Shown: positions 21,102-30,348, numbered from the stretch's first letter. The stretch: DNA of 64,000 bases from Minisyncoccota bacterium (GCA_035708165.1 DASSSZ010000005.1:112840-176839); one strand, 5' to 3'. The notes: generated from the sequence alone by a model not told the origin. Numbers and translations are program-made.

Positions 21102-22925
21102 ATGAATCCCAGGCCCTTTGCAGTGTGGGGGTTGGTGTGCCTGTTCGTGCTTGCGCCCGCCGTCTCGGCTGCGGCGACGCTTCGCGTGCGCACGGAGAGC
21201 GCGCTTCCGCTGCAGATGCTGCGCGATAAGGATGTCACGGCGCCGATCGGCGCCTCGATACGTCCCGCACGCATCCCCGCGAGCGCGCCGCTTCTGCAGA
21301 TGCACGCGCTCTCCGTGGCGCAGCCGGCGCAGCAGAACCTGATCGGCAACGCTTCGCTCGAGACAGCCGGATCGAATGGCATGCCTGCCGGCTGGCACCA
21401 AGGCGGCTACGGCTCGAACACGCGCACCTTCGCGTACCCGGCATCGCCCGCGCACGACGGCAGCGTCGCCGCATCGGTCTCCATCACGAAATACGGAAGC
21501 GGTGACGCGAAGTGGTACTTCGACCCGGTGCCCGTTACCGGGGGAGCGACGTACCAGTTCTCGGACTGGTACGTGTCGACCGTACCGTCCGAAGTGGACG
21601 TGCAGGTCACGCATACGGACGGTTCGATCACGTACCTCGTCCTTGGCGCGCCCGCGGCGAGCGCGACGTATGCGCAGTTCAGCGCCTCGTTCACTGCGCC
21701 GTCGGATGCGGCGTCCGTCACCATCTTCCATGTGATCGACTCCGTGGGCACGCTCACGGTGGATCAGTATGCGCTGACGGATGCCGCCGATGACACGCCC
21801 GTGAACGACGTGCCGAACGGGAATCTCGATGCGGAGGAGGACGGTATGCCGGTCGGCTGGATCGAAGGGGGATACGGCGACAGCACGCGCACGTTCACCT
21901 ACCCGGTGCCGGGCGTCTCGGGGAATGCCGCGTCCCTTACGGTCACTGATTACGTGAACGGCGACGCGAAGTGGGGCCCGCCGTACGCGTCCGTCCCAGC
22001 CGGCGCCTACCTCTATGAGGACGACTACGAATCGGATGCGCCCACGGTCCTCACGGCCGACTTCGCGCATGCCGACGGGACCGACCAGTACGTGGACCTC
22101 GCCGTGCTCCCGGCCGAGCGCAGCTGGACGCACGTACGCCTGCCGTTCACGGTACCGGCGGATGCGATCGGCGTGCGCGTGTTCCATCTGCTCGACCGAG
22201 ACGGCACCCTCACGATCGACAATACCTCGATCACGCCGCAGCCCGGGAGCGATCAGGGCATCTTCAAGACGGGCGCGGTCACCTTCCGCTTCGATGACGG
22301 CAGCGTGGACCAGTACGACAACGCTGCGCCGGTGCTTCAGGTGGCGGGATTCACAGGCACCTTCTATATCGTCTCGCACCAGGTGAAGGACAACGGCTAC
22401 AGCGGCTACATGTCGATCGCGCAGGTGAAAGACCTCTACGCGCGCGGCTTCGAGATCGGCGCGCACACGCGCACGCATCCCTTCCTCTCGCAGGAGAGCG
22501 CCGCAAAGCAGCAGGATGAGATCGCCGGCTCGCGGCAGGACATCCTCGGCTGGAATGTCGGGCCGGTGGATTCATTCGCGTATCCCTATGGCGATTATGA
22601 CGCGACCACCACGCGGATCGTCGAGAATGCCGGCTTCACGAGCGCGGCAGCCACCATCTCCGGCGATGTGACGCCTCTCTCGGACCACTACCAGCTGCAG
22701 TACGAGGAGGTGAAGCAGGGCGTGACGCTCGCGCAGGTGCAATCGTGGATCGACACGGCCAAGAAATCGCACACCTGGCTCATCCTCACGTTCCATCAGG
22801 TCTCCGCGACCTCGAGCGACTCGTACGCGTCCTCGCCAGCGCTCTTCAAGCAGATCGTCGCGGCCGTGCAGGCATCCGGGCTCCCCGTAGTCTCCGTCTC
22901 CGAAGGGATGCAGTCCATGCCCTAG
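21102..22925 (+). CDS. secreted polysaccharide deacetylase (NodB/CE4) with two N-terminal CBM4/9-like carbohydrate-binding modules
   Basis: Signal peptide MNPRPFAVWGLVCLFVLAPAVSA. A duplicated ~150-aa module (NLxGNxxLE...MPxGW..GGYG..TRTFxYP...DAKW). The C-terminal NodB domain carries FRFDDG...HTRTHP...YPYG motifs. Confidence 0.8.
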   Translation: MNPRPFAVWGLVCLFVLAPAVSAAATLRVRTESALPLQMLRDKDVTAPIGASIRPARIPASAPLLQMHALSVAQPAQQNLIGNASLETAGSNGMPAGWHQGGYGSNTRTFAYPASPAHDGSVAASVSITKYGSGDAKWYFDPVPVTGGATYQFSDWYVSTVPSEVDVQVTHTDGSITYLVLGAPAASATYAQFSASFTAPSDAASVTIFHVIDSVGTLTVDQYALTDAADDTPVNDVPNGNLDAEEDGMPVGWIEGGYGDSTRTFTYPVPGVSGNAASLTVTDYVNGDAKWGPPYASVPAGAYLYEDDYESDAPTVLTADFAHADGTDQYVDLAVLPAERSWTHVRLPFTVPADAIGVRVFHLLDRDGTLTIDNTSITPQPGSDQGIFKTGAVTFRFDDGSVDQYDNAAPVLQVAGFTGTFYIVSHQVKDNGYSGYMSIAQVKDLYARGFEIGAHTRTHPFLSQESAAKQQDEIAGSRQDILGWNVGPVDSFAYPYGDYDATTTRIVENAGFTSAAATISGDVTPLSDHYQLQYEEVKQGVTLAQVQSWIDTAKKSHTWLILTFHQVSATSSDSYASSPALFKQIVAAVQASGLPVVSVSEGMQSMP

Positions 22926-22984
22926 CGGTTATCCACCGCATGCGTGCTCATGAGCTTGCTACTGAGCACGCTCAGTAGCAAGCT

Positions 22985-23155
22985 ATGGTCATGATCATGA
23001 CGTTCATCAGGAAGCTCACGCGCAGCGGCGGGGGCCGGAGCCTCTCGGTCATCATCCCGGCGGAGATCGTGAAAGAGCTCAAGCTTCGCGAGCATCAGAA
23101 GCTCGCCATCCATCGCCGCGGCGCGGAGATCATCATCAGGGATTGGCGGGGGTGA
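22985..23155 (+). CDS. AbrB/MazE/SpoVT-family swapped-hairpin DNA-binding protein (56 aa)
   Basis: Hand translation gives MVMIMTFIRKLTRSGGGRSLSVIIPAEIVKELKLREHQKLAIHRRGAEIIIRDWRG. The RKLTRSG-SL-V-IPAEI-KELKL core is typical of AbrB/MazE antitoxin-like domains. It is below the ORF-track cutoff. Confidence 0.55.
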   Translation: MVMIMTFIRKLTRSGGGRSLSVIIPAEIVKELKLREHQKLAIHRRGAEIIIRDWRG

Positions 23156-23549
23156 GGCCGTGCATCCGCAGGAGCGCAGCGCAATCGGTCGTCGTTGCCG
23201 ATTGGTCGCACGAGGGGAGCCGGGCAGGGCTCACGGAGTAGCGGCCGAGCAGTACGTCCCAGAGGGTGTACGGATTCACCTGCATGCGGTCGGGGATGCC
23301 GGTGAAGACGACCGTGCCGCGCAGGAGATCGGAAAGCGGCGGCGGGGTGATGCTGAACGGGCAGAGCGCATACACGGGCACCTGCGTGCCGTCCGGCGCA
23401 CGCGCCGTCTGCGGATGCGCGAGCTGGTATTCGCACGCTTCGCGCGCGCGTATGACCGCGTACCGATGGTACGAGTACCAGGAAGCATAGCCGGCAAGCG
23501 CAGCGATGCACGCGATGCCGATCATGAGCGTGATCCGTCCCGCAGCCAT
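23136..23549 (-). CDS. hypothetical small membrane-anchored protein
   Basis: 137-aa ORF with an N-terminal TM helix (ITLMIGIACIAALAGYASWY). It converges on, and overlaps, the AbrB-like gene by 20 nt. Confidence 0.35.
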   Translation of the reverse strand: MAAGRITLMIGIACIAALAGYASWYSYHRYAVIRAREACEYQLAHPQTARAPDGTQVPVYALCPFSITPPPLSDLLRGTVVFTGIPDRMQVNPYTLWDVLLGRYSVSPARLPSCDQSATTTDCAALLRMHGLTPANP

Positions 23550-23625
23550 GATTCTTGTATGCGTACCATTCTATACCATGCTCGAATGACGATAGACCTA
23601 TCCTATGGTATCGTGTGGCCGTACA

Positions 23626-23712
23626 GGAGACGTGGCTGAGTGGTCGAAGGCACCTCACTGCTAACGAGGCGGGGTCTCAAAGCCCCCCAGGGTTCGAATC
23701 CCTGCGTCTCCG
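23626..23712 (+). tRNA. tRNA-Ser, anticodon GCU (class II, long variable arm)
   Basis: Acceptor GGAGACG pairs with CGTCTCC. Anticodon loop is CTGCTAA. Long variable arm GGGGTCTCAAAGCCCC. T-arm is CAGGG-TTCGAAT-CCCTG. Discriminator is G. No CCA is encoded. Confidence 0.85.
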
Positions 23713-23780
23713 CAAAAATAATGAGGGCGAAGCGTCAGCTCCGCCCGATTATATTTTTGCCGGAGACGCAGGGATTCGAA
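23707..23780. repeat. 74-nt structured repeat, copy 1; it starts inside the tRNA-Ser 3' end and ends with an inverted copy of the tRNA T-arm/acceptor (ggagacgcagggattcgaa)
   Basis: ctccgcaaaaataatgagggcgaagcgtcagctccgcccgattatatttttgccggagacgcagggattcgaa. Nested palindromes: caaaaataat/attatttttg and gagggcg/cgccc. Confidence 0.7.
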
Positions 23781-23879
23781 AGCCGCAGCCCCGTGGAGCG
23801 GGGCGAGGCGGGGTCGCGAACGCTTGCGGGGTTCCGAGCCGGAGGCGAAGGAACCCGTCAAGCGATTCGTGACCGAATC

Positions 23880-23952
23880 CTCCGCAAAAATAATGAGGGC
23901 GAAGCGTCAGCTCCGCCCGATTATATTTTTGCCGGAGACGCAGGGATTCGAA
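23880..23952. repeat. structured repeat, copy 2 (identical 73 nt), preceded by a degenerate T-arm fragment (cgaatcc)
   Basis: Exact direct repeat of copy 1, 173 nt downstream. The same peptide string KIMRAKRQLRPIIFLPETQGFE appears in two spurious ORFs. Confidence 0.7.
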
Positions 23953-23961
23953 GCTGCGCGT

Positions 23962-24351
23962 CTACCGCTCCCGCGTCGCGAGGAAGGCAGCCATCGTGGG
24001 CCAGTTGCGCACGCCGGTCGCGGGCGTGCCGGATTCGCGCAGGATCTCATGCAGCCGCTCGGGCGAGGTGCGCGCGAGCGCGCCGTACGAGCGGATCCCG
24101 TGCGCGGCGAGCGCATCGGCGACCGTCGGGCCGATGCCCGGGATCTTCTTGAGGTCGTCAGCGTGCCCGTCCCCCTGATCGGGCATGCGTGCAGGGAGCG
24201 CTGCGGCGGAGGAACGGCGGAAGCGCCCGTTCGGCGCAAGGAGCGTGCGGCCGAAGAGCGCGCCGAGCGCGAACGCGATGAGGAGGCCGAGCAGGAACAT
24301 GCCTGCGCCCCCTGCGGCATCGAATGCGTGCGCTGCGCCGATCCCTTCCAT
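23962..24351 (-). CDS. membrane-anchored helix-hairpin-helix (HhH) DNA-binding protein, ComEA-like
   Basis: Start MEGIG at 24351 with GGAG 10 nt upstream. N-terminal TM MFLLGLLIAFALGALF. C-terminal LKKIPGIGPTVADALAAHGIRSYGALA HhH motif. The gene lies adjacent to comFC. Confidence 0.55.
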   Translation of the reverse strand: MEGIGAAHAFDAAGGAGMFLLGLLIAFALGALFGRTLLAPNGRFRRSSAAALPARMPDQGDGHADDLKKIPGIGPTVADALAAHGIRSYGALARTSPERLHEILRESGTPATGVRNWPTMAAFLATRER

Positions 24352-24388
24352 GTGCCCTGAATCTACTCCAAATCGCGAGACAGCGCCA

Positions 24389-25042
24389 TCAGGCCCGTGC
24401 AAGGGCGAGCGCGGTCACCGCGGCCCCTTGCGTGCGCAGCGTGCGGGCCGCTTCCGTAAGCGTCGCCCCGGTCGTAGTGACGTCGTCGATGAGGATCGCG
24501 TGCACGCCCTGGTACGCGGCCCTCGGGAGGGGCGCTGCGAACGCGCCTTTGACGTTGGTGAGCCGCGCATGCCGCGAAAGCAGGGTCTGCGGCGTCGTCT
24601 CCCGGGTGCGCGCGAGGAGATCGGCGCGCACCGGGAGCGCGATGCCGAGCGCCGGGAGCTCCGCGAGGGAAAGCGCGATCTGATTGTAGCCGCGCTCGCG
24701 GAAGCGCCGCTTCGCAAGCGGCATCGGGACGAGCACGAGCGCTCGCGCATCGAATGCGTCCTCCTCGCCCATGAGCTCGAGCAGAAAATCGGCGAGCAGC
24801 CCTGCGAGCTGGCGCGCTGCAGCGCGGCTCTTCTCATACTTGAGCGCCTGGATCGCGTCGGCGATGGATGAATCGCGGTACAGCGAAAGCGCGATGATCG
24901 CATCGTCCGTCGCGGCAGGCGCAGCGGGGAGCGGGCGGCGCGCGTTCCTGCGTACGCGCCGCTCGCGCGCGGACGGCGGGAACACGAGATCAAGGATCGC
25001 ATTCCCGGCATGCACTGCTTGTGCACCGAGAGGGATGCGCAT
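24389..25042 (-). CDS. comFC: ComF-family competence protein (phosphoribosyltransferase domain)
   Basis: PRTase motif ILIDDVTTTGATL and ComFC-like core. It is divergent from pilM. Confidence 0.75.
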   Translation of the reverse strand: MRIPLGAQAVHAGNAILDLVFPPSARERRVRRNARRPLPAAPAATDDAIIALSLYRDSSIADAIQALKYEKSRAAARQLAGLLADFLLELMGEEDAFDARALVLVPMPLAKRRFRERGYNQIALSLAELPALGIALPVRADLLARTRETTPQTLLSRHARLTNVKGAFAAPLPRAAYQGVHAILIDDVTTTGATLTEAARTLRTQGAAVTALALARA

Positions 25043-25086
25043 GCAGCCACTATAGCGGATTACCCGATGCTATACTGTGTACATCT

Positions 25087-26238
25087 ATGCCACGGATCGG
25101 TCTTTCGCAGATCCTCAGCAAGGCGCAAGCCTTCCTCGGCCAAGGGACGCCGACATCGGTGCTCGGCATCGACGTCGGCTCCTCGTCGCTGAAGGTGGTG
25201 CAGCTGAAGATGGTCCGCGAGACGGTCGTGCTCGAGACGTACGGCGAGATCGCGCTCGGGCCGTATGCGAACCAGCCCGTCGGCAAGACGGTGCGGCTCG
25301 ACCCTGAACAGATCGCGGCGGCGATCGGCGACCTCTCGAAGGAGGCGAACGTCACGGCCACGCACGCCGGCGTCGCGATCCCGTTCTCCTCGAGCCTCGT
25401 CTCGATCATCGACATGCCCAAGGTGGGGGAGAGCCAGCTCTCGCGCATGATCCCGATCGAGGCGCGCAAGTACATCCCGGTCCCGATCACGGAAGTGACG
25501 CTCGATTGGTTCGTCATCCCAGAGAAGCACGAGGAGGACGCGTTCGATCGCGTGCAGGAAGAGACTGAGATGCAGAAGACGGGGCGCGAGGTGCTGATCG
25601 CCGCGATCCACAACGAGACGATCCGGAATTTCCAGACCACCATGGAGACCGCGAAGATCGCCGTCTCCTTCTTCGAGATCGAGATCTTCAGCACGATCCG
25701 CTCCGTGCTCGGCACGGGCATCGAGCCGGTCGTCGTGGTGGATATCGGCGCCTCGACGACCAAGATCTACGTCGTCGAGCGGGGGATCGTGCGCGCATCC
25801 CACCTCGTCTCGATCGGCTCGCAGTCGCTCACGGAGGCAGTCGCTCGCTCGCTCGGGTGGACGTTTGAGAAAGCGGAGCGCATGAAGCGCGAGTGGGGGC
25901 TCACCGACTCGGATGCGTACAGCCGCGATGAGAACGATCGCATGCATGAAGCGATGCTATCCACATTGTCGCGTATCTTCGCGGAAGTGAATCGCGTATT
26001 ATTGACGTACGGGAAGCGGTACAACAAGAACGTCTCGCAAGTCGTATTCGTCGGCGGAGGCGCAGCGTTGGCCGGGCTTGCCGATATCGCGACGAAAGAG
26101 CTGAACGTGGATACCGTCATGGCCGCGCCGTTCGACAAGGTCGAGGCGCCGGCGTTCCTCGATGGGGTCCTGCATTCGATCGGGCCGGGATTCGCAGTCG
26201 CAGTCGGCGTCGCGATGCGGCGCCTGAGGCAGGGATAG
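25087..26238 (+). CDS. pilM: type IV pilus assembly protein PilM (actin-like ATPase)
   Basis: LGIDVGSSSLKVVQL N-terminus and an actin/FtsA-like fold signature. The in-frame start is MPRIGLSQ at 25087. Confidence 0.85.
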   Translation: MPRIGLSQILSKAQAFLGQGTPTSVLGIDVGSSSLKVVQLKMVRETVVLETYGEIALGPYANQPVGKTVRLDPEQIAAAIGDLSKEANVTATHAGVAIPFSSSLVSIIDMPKVGESQLSRMIPIEARKYIPVPITEVTLDWFVIPEKHEEDAFDRVQEETEMQKTGREVLIAAIHNETIRNFQTTMETAKIAVSFFEIEIFSTIRSVLGTGIEPVVVVDIGASTTKIYVVERGIVRASHLVSIGSQSLTEAVARSLGWTFEKAERMKREWGLTDSDAYSRDENDRMHEAMLSTLSRIFAEVNRVLLTYGKRYNKNVSQVVFVGGGAALAGLADIATKELNVDTVMAAPFDKVEAPAFLDGVLHSIGPGFAVAVGVAMRRLRQG

Positions 26239-26253
26239 ACCCGACCATACCGC

Positions 26254-27021
26254 ATGGAATCGCAGATCAAGTCATCATTCATACCGCAGGACGTCGGCAG
26301 GCCGGCAGCATCGGTGCGCCGCACCGGCAGCGGCGGCGAGCTCCTGGTGCTCGGCGCCATCATCCTCGTCGTCGCATCGGTCGCGCTCGGGGCGTCCGTC
26401 TTCCTCTATACGCAGTATCTCAATAATGCGATCAGCAGCCAGCAGCAATCGATCGATCGGGCGCGCGCGGCGATCGAGCCATCCCTCATCGATGAGCTCA
26501 CCCGCCTCGATCAGCGCATGAAGACGTCCGATACGCTCCTGCAGCAGCACGTCGCGCCTTCGATCCTCTTCAATTACCTCGAGCAGGTGACGCTCCAGTC
26601 GGTCACCCTCAAGTCGCTCGAGATGAAGATGGTCTCGCCGACCAAGATCGAGCTCACGATGAAAGGCGCGGCGGCGAGCGTCAACGGCATCGCGCTGCAA
26701 TCCGATCTCCTCGGCAAGAGCGGCCTCATCACGAGCCCGATCTTCTCCGATATCAATCGCGGTGCCGATGGACTGATGGATTTCCAGGTGAACGCGGGGA
26801 TCGATCCCTCGTCGCTTCGCTACGAGCAGCTCGTGAGCGGCGGCCAGCCGGCAGCAGGCGCGCAGCTTTCGGCACCGCAGCAATCATCCGCGACGAACGG
26901 GAGCGCCGCTGGCGGCCTGCCGCAGTCCTCGGCGCCAGCGACGAGCGGCACGCAGGCGACCAGCACCGGCGCTGCGTCGTCGGCCGCAGCATCAGTCCCG
27001 ACGTTCACCCCCACCCAGTAA
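26254..27021 (+). CDS. pilN: PilN-like pilus assembly protein
   Basis: Short cytoplasmic N-terminus, single TM (LLVLGAIILVVASVALGASVFLY) and a coiled-coil periplasmic part. Synteny pilM-N-O. Confidence 0.55.
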   Translation: MESQIKSSFIPQDVGRPAASVRRTGSGGELLVLGAIILVVASVALGASVFLYTQYLNNAISSQQQSIDRARAAIEPSLIDELTRLDQRMKTSDTLLQQHVAPSILFNYLEQVTLQSVTLKSLEMKMVSPTKIELTMKGAAASVNGIALQSDLLGKSGLITSPIFSDINRGADGLMDFQVNAGIDPSSLRYEQLVSGGQPAAGAQLSAPQQSSATNGSAAGGLPQSSAPATSGTQATSTGAASSAAASVPTFTPTQ

Positions 27022-27024
27022 CGT

Positions 27025-27624
27025 ATGTTCAAGCTCTTCACGACCATCCTGCTCCTCCTCGTCGCTGCCGTGGTGTTCTTCGGCTATACGAAGCCGGCGT
27101 ACTCGCATGTGCAGGAGCTCCGCGCGCAGTCCGGGCAGCTCAACCAGATCCTCTCCGAGGCGAGCGAATTCCAGAAGCTCAAGTCGCAGCTGATCGCGCG
27201 CTACAACGCGCTGCCCTCGGACAAGCTCGCGCGCCTCTCGAAGCTCCTGCCCGATCATGTGGACAACGTGCGGCTCATCCTCGATATCGACTCACTCGCC
27301 GGGCAGAACGGCCTCGCGCTCGAGAACGTCGTCATCAATTCCGGCACGGGCGCTTCAGGCTCAGGCTCAGGCTCGGACTCCGACTCGAGCGACGCCCCGA
27401 CAGCGCTCGGCGCGGCGAGCGCGAACCAGGTCCCGTACGGCACGCTCACCATGCAGTTCAAGACCGAAGGGTCGTACCAGCATTTCCTGCAGTTCCTGCA
27501 CGGGCTCGAAGGCAGCCTCCGGCTCGTGGACGTGACGGATCTCACGGTGAGCCAGGGCAGCAGCGCGTCGGCGCCGGATTCCTACGCGTACGCGATGACC
27601 ATACAGACCTACTGGCTCAAATAG
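27025..27624 (+). CDS. pilO: PilO-like pilus assembly protein
   Basis: N-terminal TM (LFTTILLLLVAAVVFFGY) and a coiled coil, with a GSGSGSDSDSS linker. Synteny. Confidence 0.5.
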   Translation: MFKLFTTILLLLVAAVVFFGYTKPAYSHVQELRAQSGQLNQILSEASEFQKLKSQLIARYNALPSDKLARLSKLLPDHVDNVRLILDIDSLAGQNGLALENVVINSGTGASGSGSGSDSDSSDAPTALGAASANQVPYGTLTMQFKTEGSYQHFLQFLHGLEGSLRLVDVTDLTVSQGSSASAPDSYAYAMTIQTYWLK

Positions 27625-27633
27625 CACCTGCTT

Positions 27634-27999
27634 ATGATAGACACGCTCAAATCGCATAAGGTCGTCGCCATCGTGATCGTCGTCATCGTCCTCGGCGGCC
27701 TCTGGTACATCATGGGCGGCGGGGGAAGCAGCAGCCAGCTCTTGGAGAGTTCGGACGCGTCAGCATCGGCATCCGGAGACGCGACCGTCGCGGCGGTGGA
27801 TCAGGAGCTCCAGTCCACCCTCGCGAAGGTGCGCGCGATCTCGCTCGATGATTCGATCATGAGCGACCCGGCATTCCTCGGCCTTACCGACATCGGCCAG
27901 CAGATCGTCTCCGAGCCGTTCGGCCGCTCAGACCCGTTCGCGCCGATCAGTTCGCGCTCGGGCGCGAGCAGCGATGCGGGCTCGGCGGGCAGCAACTAG
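27634..27999 (+). CDS. small membrane-anchored protein (PilP-like position)
   Basis: Single TM VVAIVIVVIVLGGLWYIMG and a Ser/Ala-rich tail. It lies between pilO and pilB. Confidence 0.35.
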   Translation: MIDTLKSHKVVAIVIVVIVLGGLWYIMGGGGSSSQLLESSDASASASGDATVAAVDQELQSTLAKVRAISLDDSIMSDPAFLGLTDIGQQIVSEPFGRSDPFAPISSRSGASSDAGSAGSN

Positions 28000-28047
28000 C
28001 CCGCGCACGCCGCGCATGCGGCAGCATCGGGTACAATACGTAGACGT

Positions 28048-29919
28048 ATGCCGAACGACCTAGCGCAATCTGCCGCTCCAGCGCCCGTGCCGGTGCCGCC
28101 TGCAGCCGCTGCACCGGCCGCGCAGGAGCAGGACGGCATCCCCGTGCGATCGCTCAAGCCGGATGAGAAGATCCCGTACGAGGTCCTGCGCATGGTGCCG
28201 CAGGAATCCGCCGAGCATTACAGCTTCGTGCCGCTCGACGTGGACGAGAACGTCCTCGAGGTCGGCATGCTCGACCCGGAGAACCTCCAGGCCATCGACG
28301 CCCTCAATTTCATCACCCGCCAGAGCGGGATGCCATACAAGATATTCCGCATCTCCCGGGAGGATTTCGATACGGTCCTCAAGATGTACCGCGGCCTCTC
28401 CGGAGAGGTGGACGAGGCGCTCTCCGAGCAGGCAGGCGTCGCCGGTGCGGCAAAGCAGAGCGGCTTCACGCCGGAAGGCGCCGATACGCCGCTCGATCTC
28501 GATGATCCGAATGCGGGCATCCAGCAGTCGGAAAGCGACCAGCAGGGGAAGGGGAAGAAGGGCGAGATCGAGATCCGCGTCGACGCGCCCTCGATCAAGC
28601 TCGCATCGACCATCCTGCGCTACGCGATCGACGGCAAGGCATCCGACGTGCATATCGAGCCGACCTCCGCCGGCGTGCGCGTGCGCTACCGCGTGGACGG
28701 CACGCTGCATACGAGCGTGGTCCTGCCGATCGGCGTGCATCGCTCGCTCGTCGCGCGCATCAAGGTGCTTTCCTCGATCCGGCTCGACGAGCAGCGCAAG
28801 CCGCAGGACGGCCGCTTCGCCGCACAGATCGACAACCGCAAGATCGACTTCCGCGTCTCGACGCTTCCGTCCTACTACGGCGAGAAGATCGTGATCCGCA
28901 TCCTCGACCGGCAGGAGGGCCTGATCCCGCTCGATACGATCGGGATGCCGGAAGACATGCTCCGTATCACGCGCGAAGCGCTCGCGCAGCCGCATGGCCT
29001 CATCCTGATCTCCGGCCCGACCGGGTCCGGCAAGTCCACGACCCTCTACTCCATGCTCTCCGAGCTCAATCGCGAGGAGAAGAACGTGCTCTCGCTCGAG
29101 GATCCGATCGAATACAACATGGACGGCGTCACGCAGTCGCAGGTGCGGCCGGAGATCGGGTACACGTTCGCGAACGGGCTGCGCACCACCCTGCGCCAGG
29201 ACCCGGATATCATCATGGTAGGCGAGATCCGCGACGGCGAGACGGCGAAGCTCGCCATCCAGGCGGCGCTCACGGGCCACCTCGTGCTCTCGACCATCCA
29301 CACAAACAGCGCCGTCGGCACGATCCCGCGCCTCATAGACATGGGCGTCGAGCCGTACCTCATCCCGCCCACGCTCATCCTCTCGATGGCGCAGCGTCTC
29401 GTGCGCAAGCTCTGCCCGGACGGCGGCGAGCCGACGCCCGTCACCGAGAGCGTGCGCGACATGCTCGCGAAGGAGTTCGCCGACCTGCCGGAGCACAAGC
29501 GGCCGGCCATCCCTGACACGGTCTACGAAGCGCGCCGGACCCCGAGCTGCCCGAACGGCACGCGCGGGCGCCAGGCCGTCTTCGAGATGCTGCCGATGAG
29601 CTCGCCGCTCGAGCGCATCATCCTCAAGGAGCCGATCGAGTCCGAGCTATGGGCAGTCGCGCGGCAGGAGGGCATGCTCACGATGAAGGAGGATGCTATC
29701 CTCAAATCGTTCGCCGGCGAGATCCCGTTCTCGGAGGTGAACGCGCTCGGCACGACCCTCCTCATGGACGAGGAGACCGACGAGGCGCTCGACACGGCGG
29801 CGGAAGCGCCTGTCTCGGCGGCGGGCGAGACGAATGCCGACCCGACCGCCGGGATGGTGCCTGCGCCGCAGACGATCGACCTCGAGGACGAGTCCGGCGG
29901 CGAGCCGCCGACCGCCTAG
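28048..29919 (+). CDS. pilB: type IV pilus assembly ATPase PilB (GspE family)
   Basis: GSPII_E N-terminal domain. Walker A ISGPTGSGKSTTLYSML. Asp and His boxes. Tetracysteine-like CPDGG...CPNGTRGR. Confidence 0.9.
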   Translation: MPNDLAQSAAPAPVPVPPAAAAPAAQEQDGIPVRSLKPDEKIPYEVLRMVPQESAEHYSFVPLDVDENVLEVGMLDPENLQAIDALNFITRQSGMPYKIFRISREDFDTVLKMYRGLSGEVDEALSEQAGVAGAAKQSGFTPEGADTPLDLDDPNAGIQQSESDQQGKGKKGEIEIRVDAPSIKLASTILRYAIDGKASDVHIEPTSAGVRVRYRVDGTLHTSVVLPIGVHRSLVARIKVLSSIRLDEQRKPQDGRFAAQIDNRKIDFRVSTLPSYYGEKIVIRILDRQEGLIPLDTIGMPEDMLRITREALAQPHGLILISGPTGSGKSTTLYSMLSELNREEKNVLSLEDPIEYNMDGVTQSQVRPEIGYTFANGLRTTLRQDPDIIMVGEIRDGETAKLAIQAALTGHLVLSTIHTNSAVGTIPRLIDMGVEPYLIPPTLILSMAQRLVRKLCPDGGEPTPVTESVRDMLAKEFADLPEHKRPAIPDTVYEARRTPSCPNGTRGRQAVFEMLPMSSPLERIILKEPIESELWAVARQEGMLTMKEDAILKSFAGEIPFSEVNALGTTLLMDEETDEALDTAAEAPVSAAGETNADPTAGMVPAPQTIDLEDESGGEPPTA

Positions 29920-29949
29920 CGCCGCTACTACTACCGTAATCAATACCGT

Positions 29950-30348
29950 ATGACCGAATCCGAACCCTACTCCGTACTCCTGCTCGATGACGACCAGTTC
30001 CTGCTCGATATGTATGCGAAGAAGTTCTCCGACGAGGGCTACGAGGTCCAGTCGTGCCAATCCGTGCCGGAAGCGGTCCAGATCCTCGAGAAAGGTTTCC
30101 CGGCCGATGCCATCGTCTTCGACCTCACCATGCCGCAGGACGACGGCTTCGCGCTTCTGCAGCTCCTGCGCGAGAAGCAGCTCTCGCCGGCTGCCGTGAA
30201 GGTGGTCCTCACGAACCAGAGCAGCGAGGAAGAGGAAGCGAAGACGAAAGCGCTCGGCGCCGACGCATACATCGTGAAGGCGACGATGATCCCGTCCGAG
30301 GTATTCGCGACCATCAACGGCATGGTCGCGAGCCGCCGCGGCGCGTAG
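29950..30348 (+). CDS. stand-alone response-regulator receiver domain protein (PilH/CheY-like)
   Basis: LLLDDDQFL...DLTMPQDDGFALL...KVVLTNQ...GADAYIVKA is a receiver-domain pattern with the phospho-acceptor Asp. There is no output domain. Confidence 0.8.
   Translation: MTESEPYSVLLLDDDQFLLDMYAKKFSDEGYEVQSCQSVPEAVQILEKGFPADAIVFDLTMPQDDGFALLQLLREKQLSPAAVKVVLTNQSSEEEEAKTKALGADAYIVKATMIPSEVFATINGMVASRRGA

Noticed and set aside
21066-22478. 470-aa minus-strand ORF opposite the CE4 deacetylase
   Set aside because: Antisense to a gene with clear NodB motifs and a signal peptide.
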